Origin: Octopus sinensis
Lineage: Eukaryota
DNA length: 64,000 bases
NCBI RefSeq assembly: GCF_006345805.1
Contig: NC_043014.1
Location: 46,252,001 to 46,316,000, forward strand
Reading direction: 5' to 3'
Shown here: piece after piece, positions 37,419-51,935 of the stretch
How the letters are laid out: each line of letters opens with the position of its first letter
Position numbering within the stretch: the first letter of the stretch is position 1
Notes under the pieces: generated by a model
What the model saw: only the letters and a program-made list of their open reading frames with translations
Database searches by the model: none
What the model was told of the DNA's origin: nothing
Translations under genes and position numbers: made by a program

Positions 37419-40400
37419 TCATCATCATCGTCGTTTAACGTCCGTTCTCCATGCTAGCATGGGTTGGACGGTTCGACCGGGGTTCTGGGAAGCCAGAAGG
37501 CTGCACCAGGCTCCAGTCTAATTTGGCAATGTTTCTACAGCTGGATGCCCTTCCTAACGCCAACCACTCCGTGAGTGTAGTGGGTGCTTTTTACGTGCCA
37601 CCTGCACAGGTTGCCAGCGGGGCTGGCAACGGCCACGGTCAGATTGGTGTATTATGTGCCACCGGCGGAAGCCAGTCGAGGCGGTGCTGGCATCGGCCAC
37701 GAGTCGATAGTGCTTTTTACGTACCACCAGACCAGGGATCCTGGCTGGTTAATTCGATTTCGATTTCGCTTGCCCCAACATGTCTTCACAAGCAAAGGGG
37801 GTTGGCAAGGTGCCTGTCGTACGGTCGCATTGGAGTATTTTACGTGCCACGGCCACGAGTCGGATATGCTTTACGTACCACCAGACCGGGATCCTGGCTG
37901 GTTCAATTCGATTTCGATTTCGCTTGCCCCAACATGTCTTCACAAGCAAAGGGGGTTGGCATGGGTGCCTGTCGTACGGTCGCATTGGAGTATTTTAAGT
38001 GCCACGGCCCGAGTCGGATAGTGCTTTTTACGTACCACCAGGCAGGGATCCTGGCTGTCAATTCGGTTTTCGATTTCGCTTGCCCCAACATGTCTTCGCA
38101 GGCATGGGGGGTTGGGATGGGTGTCTGTCGTCGGATGAGGTTCTATATCGACTTCGCTTGCCTCAACCGGTCTTTGTGTCCAAGGGAGGAAAGGCATTCA
38201 TAAGTGGGCTGGGCTCACTTGTCCTGCCTGGTCTTCTCACGTACAGAATATTTCCAAAGGTCTCGGTCTCTGGTCATTTCCTCAGTGAGGCCTAAAGTTC
38301 GAAGGTCGTGCTTCACCACCTCGTCCCAGGTTTTCCTGGGTCTACCTCTTCCACGGGTTCCTCAACTGCTAGGGATTGGCACTTTCTCACACACCTATCT
38401 TCATCCATTCTCGCCACATGACCATACCAGCGCAATCGTCTCTCTTGCACACCACAACTGATGCTTCTTAGGACAACATTGCTCTCAAGGTGCTAACGCT
38501 CTGTCGAGTAGTACACTGACATTACACATCCATCGGAGCATAACTGGCTTCATTCCTCACGAGTACGCATGTCCTCAGCAGTCACAGCCCATGTTCGCTG
38601 CCATGAGCATGGCTGTTCGACACACGCATCATACAGTCTGCCTTTTCCTTGAGCGAGAGGCCTTTAGTCACCAGCAGAGGTAGAGCTCCCTAAACTTTGC
38701 CCGGCTATTCTTATTCTAGCAGTTACACTTTCACGCACCCACCCCCACACTGACTTGGTCACCTAGATAACGGAAGCTATCAACTACTTCTAGTTTTTCC
38801 CCTGGAAAGTGAAGGAAGTTGTTTGTTTTCTGCAGATTTTCGGAGTTAATGCTCCCGAGCATCTGCCACATACAAAAAACTATCTTCCCAGTTAGCCTAC
38901 CTTGACATTGCTGCACCTCTTATGTGTCCATAGCTTACACTGGGTACATCTTATAGAGTTTCTACCTACACCTTTTCTACAGATCGAGCAGGGCCATCTT
39001 CCTGAAGATATTTGTGGATTGTCTACTTTCTACTTATTAGTACTTTGGTTTTAGCTAGGTTGACTCTAAGGCCCTTGATTCTAAACCCTCCTTCCACCCC
39101 TGGAATTCTCCTCCAGTTCTGATAGTGACTCAGCATAAAGAGCAAGGTCGTCAGCGTAGAGAGCTCCCAGGGACAGCCTGTCTTGAATTCCTCCGTAATT
39201 GCCTGGAGTACTATGATAAATAGGAGGGGGCTGAGTACTGAACCCTGGTGGACCCCAACCTCTACTTTGATTCTTCTGTTAATGTTGCAACCCTAACCTT
39301 ACTTACGGCATCTCTGTACATGGCTTGCACAGTCCTCACCAGCCATTCATCTATCCCTAGTTCCTCATTGACCACCAGATAAGGGATCGGGGACCCTATC
39401 AAAGCTTTCTCCATGTCAACGAAAGCCAGGTACAGGGGCTTATCTTTGGCTAGGTATTTTCTCCTGCAGCTGCCTTACCAGGAAATATAGCATCAGTGGT
39501 ACTTTTTCCTGGCACGAACCCAAACTGCATCTCATCTAAACTAACTCTCTCTCTAATTAGTTGGGCTATGACCCTCTCCGTAACCTTCATTACTTGATCC
39601 AACAGCTTGATACCTCTGTAATTATGTGATCTAGGGCATCACCTTTACCTTGTAGCAGTTGACTAGTATGCTGCTGCACCAGTCATTGGGTAGACTCCTT
39701 CGTGTATCACCTGGTTGACTATACGGGTGACTAGGTTATAGCCGACACTGCCAGATATTTTGAGCATCTCTGCAGTAATTCCTGATGGGCCTGGGGCTTT
39801 CCCTGTCTCATGCTTCTAATTGCCTTAGCTACCACGGAACTATCAACTCGGATAGCTGGTCCCTCTGTAGGGTCAACATTCGGCAGACTCTCTTTATCCC
39901 ATTCATTTTCCTCATTCAGTAACCTTTCATAGTGGCGTCTCCAAGCTTCTCTCTTTGCATCCTCATTTAGCGCAAGTGAACCATCCTCCATGCGAACAAT
40001 TTCTCTCCTACCCATCACGATTCTCTCTCACACACTGTCTTGCAACACGAAATACCTCAAGTCTTTCATCCTCACGGCGCAGGACATTGGCAAAATTTTC
40101 TCTTATCTGCTTCCCCTCTGGCTAGATAGACCTGTCTCCTAGCTTCCCTTCTGGCAGTCTGATACCCTTCCCTGCTACCACCGTTCTTCCAGGCCTTCCA
40201 AGCCTGTTTCTTTTGTCTAATAGCCCTGTCAACAATATTGTTCACCACCACGTCGTTATTTTGGGTCTAAGGGGACTTTGCACCAGCCACAGATCTGGTC
40301 AGCGGCTTTCAGAGCGTGCCCTCAGAAACGTCCAGTTGTCTTCTACCCATGTGTAGCTATACCCCCTTCCACTTCGTCAAAGGCTTCAAGTAACATATCT

Positions 40401-40487
40401 CTAAATCTCTGTCCATTCGCAGGGGCTTTAAGCTTCCAGACCCTTCTTCTCCATGTTGGTCGTCTTCTAGTCGCCCTCTTAGTCCTG
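37419..40487 (-). mobile_element. RTE-clade LINE, ~3 kb, frameshifted RT plus 3' UTR and (GAT)n tail
   Basis: Minus-strand RT motifs (FVDMEKA.D, GVHQGSVLSPLLF, YADDL, KLEVVDSFRYLG); internal tandem repeats in the 3' UTR. Confidence 0.9.
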
Positions 40488-40610
40488 ATATATATATTTA
40501 TATATATATACACACATATATATATACATGTATGTGTATATATATATGTATATATATACATATATACATATATGTGTATATATATATATATATATACATA
40601 TATATACATG

Positions 40611-40643
<33 letters not shown>

Positions 40644-40708
40644 GTATGTATATACATGTATATGTAAATTGTATATATATACATGTATATGTAAATATAT
40701 ATATACAG

Positions 40709-41561
40709 TTATGGCAACTGCAGGAGAAATACCTAGCCAAAGATAAACCTCTGCACTTGACTTTTGTTGACTTCGAGAAAGCCTTTGACAGAGTCCCCCA
40801 ATCTCTTATCTGGTGGTCCATGAGAAAGTAGGGATAGACGAGTGGTTGGTAAGAGTTGTACAAGCCTATACGGGGATACTGTCAGTAAGGTGAGGGTTGG
40901 CAACAAGTATAGTGAAGAATTCAGGTAGAAGTATGGGTCACCAAGGATCAGTCCTCAGCCCCCTCTTATTCATCATAGTCCTCCAGGCAATAACAGAGGA
41001 ATTCAAGACAGGCTGCCCCTGGGAGCTCCTCTGTGTTGATGACTTTGCTCTAATTGCTGAGTCACTACCAGAACTAGAGATGAAGTTTCAGGTGTAGAAG
41101 CAAGATCTAGAATCAAAGGTCTTAGAGTCAATCTAGCGAAACCAAAGTCCTAGTAAGTAGGAAGGGAGACAAATCACAAATCCCTTCAGGGAGATGCCCT
41201 GCTTGATCTGTAGAAAAGACGTAGGTAGTAGAAAACTCCATAAGATGTATGCAGTGCAAGCTATGGACACATAAGAGGTGCAGCATATGAAAGGAAGGTT
41301 AACCGGGAAGAAGTTTTTGTGTGTGTGGCAGATGCACAGGGACAATAAACACTGAAGATGTACAGAAAAAGATTCCCTCACATGCCAGGGGAAAAAACTA
41401 GAAGTAGTTGATAGCTTCTGTTACCTAGGTGACTAAAGTCAGTAGTGGGGGTGGATGCTCTGAGAGCATATCTCTGGGTAAAGTTCAGACAGCCCCTATC
41501 TCTGCTGGCAACAAAGGGCCTTTCATCAGAGTGAAAGGTAGACTGTATGAAGCATGTGTGT
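40709..41561 (+). mobile_element. RTE LINE RT fragment, same family, opposite strand
   Basis: [28 protein letters not shown]; HQGSVLSPLLFIIVLQAITEEFKTGCPWELLCVDDFALIAES. Confidence 0.88.
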
Positions 41562-41663
41562 GATGTATATATATGTATATGTTTCTGTATATATATATAT
41601 GTATATGTATATATGTATATATATATATATATATTGAATAAATATGGATTACATTTGACAGAG

Positions 41664-42173
41664 TACTGTAAATCCTCATTTTTTCCCAAATTTAAAGGTC
41701 AAAATCCCTAGTGCGTACTATATACGAGGTTAAAAATGAAAAATATTTTCTAAGCAATGTCCAAGTCTCTATTTGTGTGTCCAGCAATGTTTATTCAGAT
41801 GCATTTTGTGATGTGGGCGTGAAAATACCTTAAGCTAAGCCTGAAAGCAATGAAGTCATAAAAGAATCATCCATAATTGCAGTAAGCAACCATCATTTAT
41901 TAAAATAAAAATATTCAGAACACGAATAACATTTACAAAAACAATTTGCAAACATATTACATATCCATATAACAGTTAAGAACATCACCATTATGTATTA
42001 TGCATGTGCGGAAGTGTTTGTTTGACTAGGTGTGCTGGCTGCTTAATTATGCATGACTCAAGTTAGAGAAGGAGTATGTATTATACACAAGGTTTAGGTT
42101 TTTCAGAGGTAAAGTCTCCTAAAATCCCCTGCGTATTATACTTCAGGGCAGATTATACTCGGAAATTACGGTA
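41664..42173. mobile_element. Tc1/pogo (Tigger-like) non-autonomous element
   Basis: TACTGTAAATCCTC ... GGAAATTACGGTA termini with TA flanks and subterminal repeats. Confidence 0.5.
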
Positions 42174-42204
42174 ATCTAAATGCTAAAGAGGTAAATATCT
42201 GAAC

Positions 42205-42646
42205 GCCTTACTTCCCTGGGTATGGACACATGAAACTCCGACGTCTGGCAGCTGACTTGGCAGACACCCATAAAATATCAACCATCTTACAAACAATAAC
42301 TCTGAGCACACCTTTCAAACTCAACCATGGAAATATTTACAAAGTCAGAAACAGCACAGCTCCCATGACTTCAGGAAACATTTTTCACGCTGAGAGTTGC
42401 TGAAGCATGGAACAAACTGCCGGCATCAGTTGTTAGTTGTCGGAGCACTGCATCCTTCAAAACTTCATGCTTTCTGAGATTCGCCAACACTACACTGATT
42501 TTCTCCCCTCCATACACACACAAGCATGTATCTGACTCATACATTGTTCGCTTTCCAGACATATGTACATTACTGATATACTTTATACGCACTTTCTGAC
42601 AAGTTGTGGTGCACCTGAGCACTGTATACAATAATTTCATTATTAT
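42205..42646 (+). mobile_element. CR1/L2-type LINE 3' end
   Basis: HDFRKHFFTLRVAEAWNKLPASVVSCRSTASFK, typical of a CR1-group ORF2 C-terminus, then a short AT-rich tail. Confidence 0.75.
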
Positions 42647-43201
42647 ATAAATAAAGGAAGTCCCATTAAGCAATGTAGTCCATAATTTACAAAAAAGATG
42701 GAATTGTCATGAGTTCATTTCAATCATAAATCTACTTGATTTCGACTGAGATCAACATTACTCAGTCCAGGAGAGAAACAGCTGAAAAAAGATCAGTGCC
42801 CATCGCTTTCAATTAGCTTCTTCAGTCAAGTACTTTGTTTATGTACAAGAGGTTGTTTGAAAACATCTGCTGCAAATATTTCATGACAATATAAGAATTT
42901 ACAGAATGCCCAACCATGTTAGTAAAGCATCAGAGATGGATGAAATAAATAAAGAAAGTGAGTTTGAAAAAGGAAGGAACACCAAATGTTCTCATAGATA
43001 AACCGGATCTTTAATGCTAATGGTCATCTTTGATAGTGAAAGATATCTCAAGTGGAAAGGCGTGATATGTAGGTGTACATACATCCATACATATACGTAA
43101 TATGTACACACACACACACACTCATACACACATACATTATATATATATATAAATACATAAATAATATATATACCTACATAATATATTATATAACATATAC
43201 A

Positions 43202-43238
<37 letters not shown>

Positions 43239-43300
43239 CACTACATAGATAATATATATATATATACATATACATACATAATATATATATAACATATACA

Positions 43301-43345
<45 letters not shown>

Positions 43346-43458
43346 CACACATATATACATCCATATATATATATATACATATACATACATAATATATATA
43401 TAATATACATACATAATATATATATACATATACATACATAATATATATATATATATAT

Positions 43459-43766
43459 AGGCTAACTGGGAGATAGTTTTTGTATGTGGCAGATGCTCGG
43501 GAGCATTAACCTCGAAAAATCTGCAGAAATCTGCAGAAAACAACTTCCGTCACTTTCCAGGGGAAAAACTAGAAGTAGTTGATAGCTTCCGTTATCTAGG
43601 TGACCAAGTCAGTAGTGGGGGGTGGTGCGCTGAAAGTGTAACTGCTAGAATAAGATAGCCTGGGCAAAGTTTAGGGAGCTCTTACCTCTGGTGGTGACTA
43701 AAGGCCTCTCGCTCAGAGTAAAAGGCAGACTGTATGATGTGGGTGACGAAACAGCCATGCTACATG
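43459..43766 (+). mobile_element. RTE LINE fragment abutting the assembly gap
   Basis: Reverse complement of ~38605-38897. Confidence 0.85.
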
Positions 43767-43866
43767 NNNNNNNNNNNNNNNNNNNNNNNNNNNNNNNNNN
43801 NNNNNNNNNNNNNNNNNNNNNNNNNNNNNNNNNNNNNNNNNNNNNNNNNNNNNNNNNNNNNNNNNN
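43767..43866. other. Assembly gap (100 N)
   Basis: Run of N. Confidence 1.
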
Positions 43867-43984
43867 AATGTATTCAACAGCTGACACATAAACATGATCA
43901 TTACTACTCTTTGTAAACTCTTCTATGTTGGTCACCACTTTCTTTTTCCTCTCACTACCATCTTGTCCCCAAAATCTGTAAATG

Positions 43985-44293
43985 CAAGTTGTTTGTTCCT
44001 TCTCGAGCCATGCCTGACTCATAAGGGCCGGCTTCCTGGTTTCTTGGCGTATAGGTTCCCCACCTGGACGGGACACCGGTCCATCGCAGATGAGCTGCAA
44101 GATGCAGGAGGAAAGAGTGAGAGAAAGTTGTGGCGAAAGAGTCAGCAGAAGTTTCGCCATTACCTTCTGTCGGAGGCCGCGTGGAGCTTAGGTGTTTCAC
44201 TCATAAACACACACATTGCCTGGTCTGAGATTCGAACCCACGATCCCTCGACCGCGAGTCTGCTGCTCTAACCACTAGGCCATGTGCCTCCAC
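43985..44293 (-). mobile_element. SINE with family C head and a different (V-domain-like) tail
   Basis: Head matches 13059. The tail contains TGCGATGGACCGGTGTCCCGTCCAG, also seen at 60910-61157. Confidence 0.75.
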
Positions 44294-45452
44294 AAATGCA
44301 AGTGGATTAATTAGTGTCTTTTTCTTTTCTTTTTTTTATTTCTTTTCCTTTGTTCATTCAATATCAAATTTATGTAAAATTTTATTGTGCTATTCCTTGT
44401 CTGTTATATATACAAATAAACATTGGCACATCAAATGAGTTGACATTTTCTTAGAAATCAAGAAATTTTCAGTCACAGGAGAACAGCTGAGAAAAATAGT
44501 CCTAGAGACGGGAAAAAAGTGGCCAACAGCTGCTTCAGATAATCACACTCTGTAGTGGCTGCTGGCCATATTTTACCATCTATAGATGTATTTTTACCAA
44601 ATTTTCCAAAGCTATTTTCATAACTATTCTCATGTGTTCGAGAGTTTCCTAATTTCTTAGAATATATACATACATCATCATGATCAACATCATTTAATGT
44701 CTGATTTCCATCCTAGCATGGGTTGGACGATTTGACTGAGGTCTGGCGAACCAGACTCCAATCTGATCTGGCAGAGTTTCTACAGCTGTATGCCCTTCCT
44801 AATGCCAACCACTCCGAGAGTGTAGTGGGTACTTTTACGTGCCACCGGCATGAGGGCCAGTTAGGTGGTACTGGCAACAGCCACGTCCAAATGGTGCTTT
44901 TTACGTGCCACCTGCACAGGAGCCAGTCCAGCGGCACTGGCAACATCCTCGCTCGAATGTTTCACATGCTACCAGCACAAGTGCTAGTAAGGCGATGCGG
45001 TAACGATCACGCTGGAATGGTGTGCCTAACGTGCCACCGGCACGAAGGCCAGAGGGTTTTTTTGTATTAATCGTTTGGACTTTGTGAACACATACCAATT
45101 GTTTTCATAACATTTTTAACGCTTTGAATTAAATGTGACCATTTTGCAAAGTCGGGCAATACTGCTAGTGTTGAATAAAATCATAATTAATTGGCCCTTC
45201 TATTTTCATTTAACCCAAGGGCCAGGAACTTTTTAACCCCCACCTCATTCATATATATACGTGTGTGGGGGGGTATGTACCTATTCTCTTTTTTTGTCTT
45301 TGCTCCCTTTTAAAACATATGTTAATCTTTGTTTTTTTTTCTTCTTATTTGTTACAGGTGTGACCTAGGTGTGTGGCAGCCCCGACCCCTCCCTCACTGG
45401 TCAATCTGGCTTCCGAGCTGGACCCTATACATCACGTTATCGGAGTCAGAAG

Positions 45453-45726
45453 ATGACCATGATGAAACCAAAGGACAAGGGAAAAGATCCTGCCACACCT
45501 ATTAGGGTGTCTGGTCATGAACAGCCAAGGCCCCAAATCATTGAACCACCGGACGGCGGCTGGGGTTGGGTCGTGACCTTCGCTTCGTTCCTTTGCAATG
45601 TGATTGTGGACGGGATATGTCTTTCGTATGGGTCGATAAAGCAAGTCTTTGAGGACCACTTTGGTGTCACGGCAACAGCATCGACCCTGATTGGCTCTCT
45701 GTTAACAGGCAGTTACCTCATGATTG
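45453..45726 (+). CDS. Monocarboxylate transporter (SLC16/MFS) coding exon 1
   Basis: Exon begins after a TTACAG acceptor at 45358, so a non-coding exon lies upstream. In-frame TAG at 45366 precedes the ATG at 45453. Contains the SLC16 signature PPDGGWGWVV; GTAAG donor. Confidence 0.93.
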
Positions 45727-45768
45727 GTAAGTCATATCTATGTGTCTGTCCATCTATCTATCTATCTA

Positions 45769-45810
<42 letters not shown>

Positions 45811-46316
45811 AAATTTAAAGGACTGACCACTAAAATCGACGGTCAATATGTTAGATATAGACGTCAAAATCACTGTTCTCTTGAGAACACATTCTTCGTG
45901 GAAAAAAGCGATTTTGACGTCTATATCTAGCATATTGACCGTCCACATTTAGTGGTCAGTCCTTTAAATTTTGCATGTAAAAAACATTTTAATCTTCGAA
46001 TTTTTTTAATGCTGGGCCACTGGTTTTAATTGATTAATATCAATTTCTACCCTTGTTCAATTTTATATATATTCTTACTCTTTACTCTTTTACTTGTTTC
46101 AATCATTTGACTGCGGCCATGCTGGAGCACCGCCTTTAATCGAGCAACTCGACCCCGGGTCTTATTCTTTTGTAAGCCCAGTACTTTTTCTATCGGTCTC
46201 TTTTGCCGAAGCGCTAAGTAACGGGGACGTATACACACCAGCATCGGTTGTCAAGCAATGCTAGGGGGACAAACACACACACGCATTTATTTATATATAT
46301 ATATATATATAATTAT

Positions 46317-46347
<31 letters not shown>

Positions 46348-46510
46348 CGACGGGCTTCTTTCAGTTCCGTCTACCAAATCCACTTTGGTCGGCCCGAGGC
46401 TATAGTAGAGGACACTTGCCCAAGGTGCCACGCAGTGGGACTGAACCCGGAACCATGTGGTTGGGTTGGTAAAGAAGCTACTTACCACACAGCCACTCCT
46501 GCGCCTATAT

Positions 46511-46543
<33 letters not shown>

Positions 46544-47362
46544 TATATTCATTCTTTTTCACTTGTTTCAGTCATTGAACTACAGCCATGTTGCAGTAAA
46601 GGAATAAACACAAAGGCATACACACAGATGTTTGCACACACAAATACACACACGCATCTGGTTCGCCAGACCTCAGTCAAAATCGTCCAACCCATGCTAG
46701 CATGGAAAGCGGACGTTAAACAATGATGATGATGATGATGATGATGAATATTCTTATTCCTGCTATTTTCCTTTCTACAAGTATGTAAGGAATTGTGAGG
46801 CAACCAACTAGTGCCAACCTCATTTCCTACAGACGTATAGAAGATTCCATTAGTTATATATACGGTGGCACGTAAAAGCACCATCCATTCGTGTCCGTTG
46901 CCAGCCTCGCCTGGCCTCCGTGCCGGTGGCACGTAAAAGCACCATCCGTTCGTGTCCGTTGCCAGCCTCGCCTGGCCTCCGTGCCGGTGGCACATAAAAG
47001 CACCATCCGTTTGTGGCCGTTTGCCAGCTCTGTCTGGCACCTGTGCCGGTGGCACGTAAAAAGCACCCACTACACTCACGGAGTGGTTGGCGTTAGGAAG
47101 GGCATCCAGCCGTAGAAACACTGCCAGATTAGACTGGAGCCTGGTGCAGCCTTCTGGCTTCACAGACCCCAGTTGAACCGTCCAACCCATGCTAGCATGG
47201 AAAACGGACGCCAAATGATGATGATGATGATATAGACCCCTTGAACACAGACAGGATTCTTAACCAAATCTATGTCCTCGACAAAAATATTGTTACCCTT
47301 TCTTCCTGCCACAAGTTTCCTCACCATTTATTGCTGTTTGTTTTGTTTTGATATTTTTCCAG

Positions 47363-47506
47363 GTCCTTTTGCAAGTACACTGGCCACGAAATATGGATGT
47401 CGTAAGGTTACCATTGCTGGCAGTATCTTTGCAGCGGCTGCATTTTTTATTAGTAGTTTTTCATCCAGCATCCAGATGTTGATAGTGACCTATGGAATTC
47501 TGGGAG
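47363..47506 (+). CDS. SLC16 transporter coding exon 2
   Basis: CCAG acceptor, GTAAG donor; (G)PFASTLATKYGCRKVTIAGSIFAAAAFFISSFSSSIQMLIVTYGILG. Confidence 0.93.
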
Positions 47507-49444
47507 GTAAGTGGTGATGGGCATGGGGATGGTAGTGGTGGTGGCGGTTTATGTGTTTGTTTTATTTATTTTTTATTTTATCTAGTTTCAGCTCACGAGC
47601 TGTGGCCATGTTTGTTTATTGTTGTTCTGTGTGTGTGTGTGTGTATTGATGTGATTGTGTGTTGATGTGATTGTGTGTTTGATGTGATTGTGTGTTTGAT
47701 GTGATTGTGTGTTTGATGTGATTGTGTGTTTGATGTGATTGTGTGTGTGTGTGTGTGTGTTTTGAAGCGATTGTGTTGTGTGTGTGTCTGTGTTTTTGTG
47801 CTTGAGGAGACCTATTGAGTCAAGTACATCAACATCAAAATAAAAATCAAATGGAAATTGTAGTTGTGATACCCGTGACAGTGGCATGTAAAAAGCACCA
47901 TCCAAATGTGGCCGTTGCCAGCGTCGCCTGACTGGCGTCCGTGTCATTTGTTTTACTTGTGATTGCTGTAAAATGTCTGTGTTGTTTTCCTCTCTCAACC
48001 AAGTCTTCTGTTTATGTATTTTATGAAAGATATTACACAGTGTGTATGTATACTGGCGAAAATAAATTTAAGACCTCTTACGCTTTTACTCTTTTACTTG
48101 TTTCAGTCAGTTGACTGCGGCCATGCTGGAGCACTGCCTTTAGTCGAGCAACTCGACCCCGGGACTTATTCTTTTGTAAGCCCAGTACTTATTCTATTGG
48201 TCTCTTTTGCCAAACCGCTAAGTGACGGGAACGTAAACACACCAGTATCGATGGTCAAGCAATGCTAGGGGGACAAACACAGACACACAAACATACACGC
48301 ACACACACATATATATATATACGACGGGCTTCTTTCAGTTTCCGTCTACCAAATTCACTCACAAGGCTTTGGTCAGCCCGAGGCTATAGTAGAAGACCCT
48401 TGCCCGAGGTGCCACGCAGTGGGACTGAACCCGGAACCATGTATTTGGTAAGCAAGCTACTTACCACAGAGCCACTCCTGCGACTCAACAGCCACTTCGA
48501 AAATAAATTTAAGACCGATGATAAAAGTTCTATTTCTTACAAAATATTTTGTTACTAACACCATACAAATTATCTTTATCTTTTATACCTTTTGCAGAAT
48601 TTATTTCTCTTTCGAATGATGTGACACAATAACTATTTTTATACAACTTGAAGAATTCTAATGCTAAATTAATATAAACGTTTCAAATTTACCGGCAAAA
48701 TTAGTTTTAAGACCATGTAATATGTATGCAAATTTTTTTGCCAAAATATGGTGTTAGTAACAAAATATTTTGTAAGAAATAGAACATTTATCATCAGTCT
48801 TAAATTTATTTTCGTCAGAGTAACTCCTAAAATTTTTGTCTTTTGTATATGGGTTTCTCAGAGGAGAGTATGTTAATATTCTTGATGGTTGGTTGTATTA
48901 GAAGTTCTCTGAATGGTGATGGTAAGAAAGAAGACTGGATTTGGTTGAGCCAGGTGTATAGATGGTTCAGTTAGGGTTGGAGTAGCCATACAGTAGCAGT
49001 GTCTGGAGAATAAAAGATGGTAAGTACATGGGGTATTCCAGGAGTTTTGAGACGTCTTCAGGAGAGACATTTACTCTTTTACTAGTTTCAGTCATTTGAC
49101 TGCAGCCATGCTGGAGCACCGCCTATAATCGAGCAAATCGACCCCATGACTTATTCTTTGTAAGCCTAGTACTTATTCTATCGGTCTTTTTTGCCGAACC
49201 GCTAAGTTACGGGGACGTAAACACACCAGCATCGGTTGTCAAGCGATGCTGGAGGGACAAACACACACACAAATATGTACATACCAAGGTGTCACTCAGT
49301 GGGACTGAACCTGAGCCCACATGGTTTGGAAACAAGCTTCTTAACCACACAGCCATGCCTGCACCAAATTATTATATGTAATTTTTTTCATGAAAAAGAA
49401 ATATGGCTTTTAATTAAAGTTTTCTGTTTTTTTTCTCTTTGCAG

Positions 49445-50539
49445 GCATCGGATTTGGATTTATCTACCTTCCTTCAATTGTGATAATCGGGTATTGGTTT
49501 GAGAAAAAACGAGCTTTTGCTACAGGGGTTGCAGTTTGTGGAATGGGTCTCGGTACTTTTATCTTCCCACCTCTTACTGAGTACTTGCTGCAGAAGTACA
49601 ACTGGCAAGACTGTGTGATAATCATATCAGGACTGATACTCAACTGTGCCGTGTGCGGAGCCCTTTTTCGTCCGGTCCGTCCACAGACGAAGCGGATGAA
49701 ACGGGGCTTCGTCGCACGGGGCTCGATCATGCGAGCCCTCATTGAGGAGAAAAAGCGACAGCGTACCATATCTAACGGATCTCTCGACAACTGTATCATC
49801 ACCAACGACAACCGTCTCATCAAATTGGATTGTATCGGCTCCAACCGTAGCAGTATTGCATCCTACTTTCAGCGGTCGAGGAGCCCACACAGTTCAAAGT
49901 GCCCCAGCAGGAGCAGCCTGCTACCACAAAACATAGTTGTCGAGTCCTTTAGGGTGGATGGCACGACTACGAAACCCATGAGCTCAAACTTGCTGAAACC
50001 CCCTGCTGTCCCAGCTATCCACTCGATGGACATTCCTGAAAGCAACAAGCTGATCACGAACAGTGTGTCCCTTATGCCCAAAGCGAAAAGTTGTGATTCC
50101 CTCACGCCTGAGGACCCTTGGGACAAACTCTCTGAGGAGGGCTCATTGAGCACTCGTAGCCTCAGTTATGTCGGCGTCAGTGACTCGCGTATTGAGATAA
50201 ACACGCCCTCGGCTGAGGCATCGGCTGTGAACAGCACGTCGGCGAGCCCATGCGAAAGCAGGTGCGAAAGCCGACAGACTATTAACACATCAAACCAGGA
50301 AGACCCCCCCAAATGTTATCTTTACAATTGTAACAGTGATTTACCACCTTGCCTTATGGGCTCCAGTATTGTTAGCATTGCTAAATTCCAGGCCAGTATT
50401 CGAAGTTTGGAAAGCATTTACGAAAACAATGGACACTCAAGAAAACTTCTACAGATGTTCCAGGAAATAATTGATCTGTCACTATTCCGAAATTTGACGT
50501 TCTGTGTTTTGCTTCTCTCTACATTTCTTAGCATGTTAG
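49445..50539 (+). CDS. SLC16 transporter coding exon 3 (TM4-6, long central loop, start of TM7)
   Basis: GCAG acceptor, GTAAG donor; (G)IGFGFIYLPSIVIIGYWFEKKRAFATGVAVCGMGLGTFIFPPL...W...IISGLILNCAVCGALFRP...DLSLFRNLTF. Confidence 0.95.
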
Positions 50540-50599
50540 GTAAGTTGGTTTTTTTTTTTTTTTTTTTGTCATCATTTGCTGTCTCTTTTACTAAATGCT

Positions 50600-51935
50600 G
50601 ACACTACCACCACTGACAAACGGCTCAGTCACCATTGCAACAACACACATTACTATTGCTACAAGCACTACCAACACCACCACTACCAAGACTACCGCTC
50701 ACCACCAATACTGTCATAAGCTTTCTTACCATTATAACGACTACTGCTACCAGCATTCCCACTTCTGCTGTTACCACCACCATCACCACTATCATCACCA
50801 TTATCACCACCTTCTCTGCCGCCACCACCAAGACCACAAGTAGTACCACAACCATCACCATCACCACTACCCACTTCTGCTGTTACCACCACCATCACCA
50901 TCTTTATCATTACTACCACCACCATCACCACTATCATCACCATCATCCTCACCTCTGTATCACCACCTTCTCTGCCACCACCACCAAGACCACAACTAGC
51001 ACCACCACCCACTTCTGCTGTTACCACCACCACCACCACCATCTTTATCATTACTACTACCACCACCATCACCATCTTTATCATTACTACCACCACCATC
51101 ACCACTATCTTCACCATCATCCTCACCTCTGTATCACCACCTTCTCTGCCACTACCACCAAGACCACAACTAGCACCGCCACCCACTTCTGGTGTTACCA
51201 CCACCATCACCACCACCATCTTTATCATTACTACTACCACCGTCATCCTCACCTCTATTATTACCACCTTCTCTGCCACCACCACCACCATCACCACCAA
51301 GATCACAAGTAGCACCACAACCGGCACCACCACCCACTTCTGCTGTTACCACCACCATCACCATCTTTATCATTACTACCACCACCATCACTACTATCAT
51401 CACCATCATCCTCACCTCTGCATCACCACCTTCTCTGCCACCACCACCAAGACCACAACCATCACCACCACCACCCACTTCTGCTGTTACCACCACCATC
51501 ACCATCTTTATTATTACTACCACCACCATCACCACTATCATTACCATCATCCCCACCTCTATTATCACCACCTTCTCTGCCACCAGCACCACCAAGACCA
51601 CCACCACCACCCACTTCTGCTGTTACCACCACCATCACCATCTTTATTATTACTACCACCACCATCACCACTATCATTACCATCATCCTCACCTCTGTAT
51701 CACCACCTTCTCTGCCACCATCACCACCAAGACCTCAACCAGCACCATCACCCACTTCTGCTGTTACCACCACCATCACCAACTTTATCATTACTACCAC
51801 CACCACCACCATCACCACTATCATCACCATCATCCTCACCTCTATTATCACCACCTTCTCTGCCACCACCACCACCACCACCACCAAGACCACAACCAGC
51901 ACTACCACCACCACCACCATCAACATCATTACTAC
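50600..51935. repeat. (CAC/CAT)n compound minisatellite with ~110-140-bp higher-order units
   Basis: Recurrent CCACTTCTGCTGTTACCACC / CCTCACCTCT / CACCTTCTCTGCC / AAGACCACAA; intronic. Confidence 0.9.
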
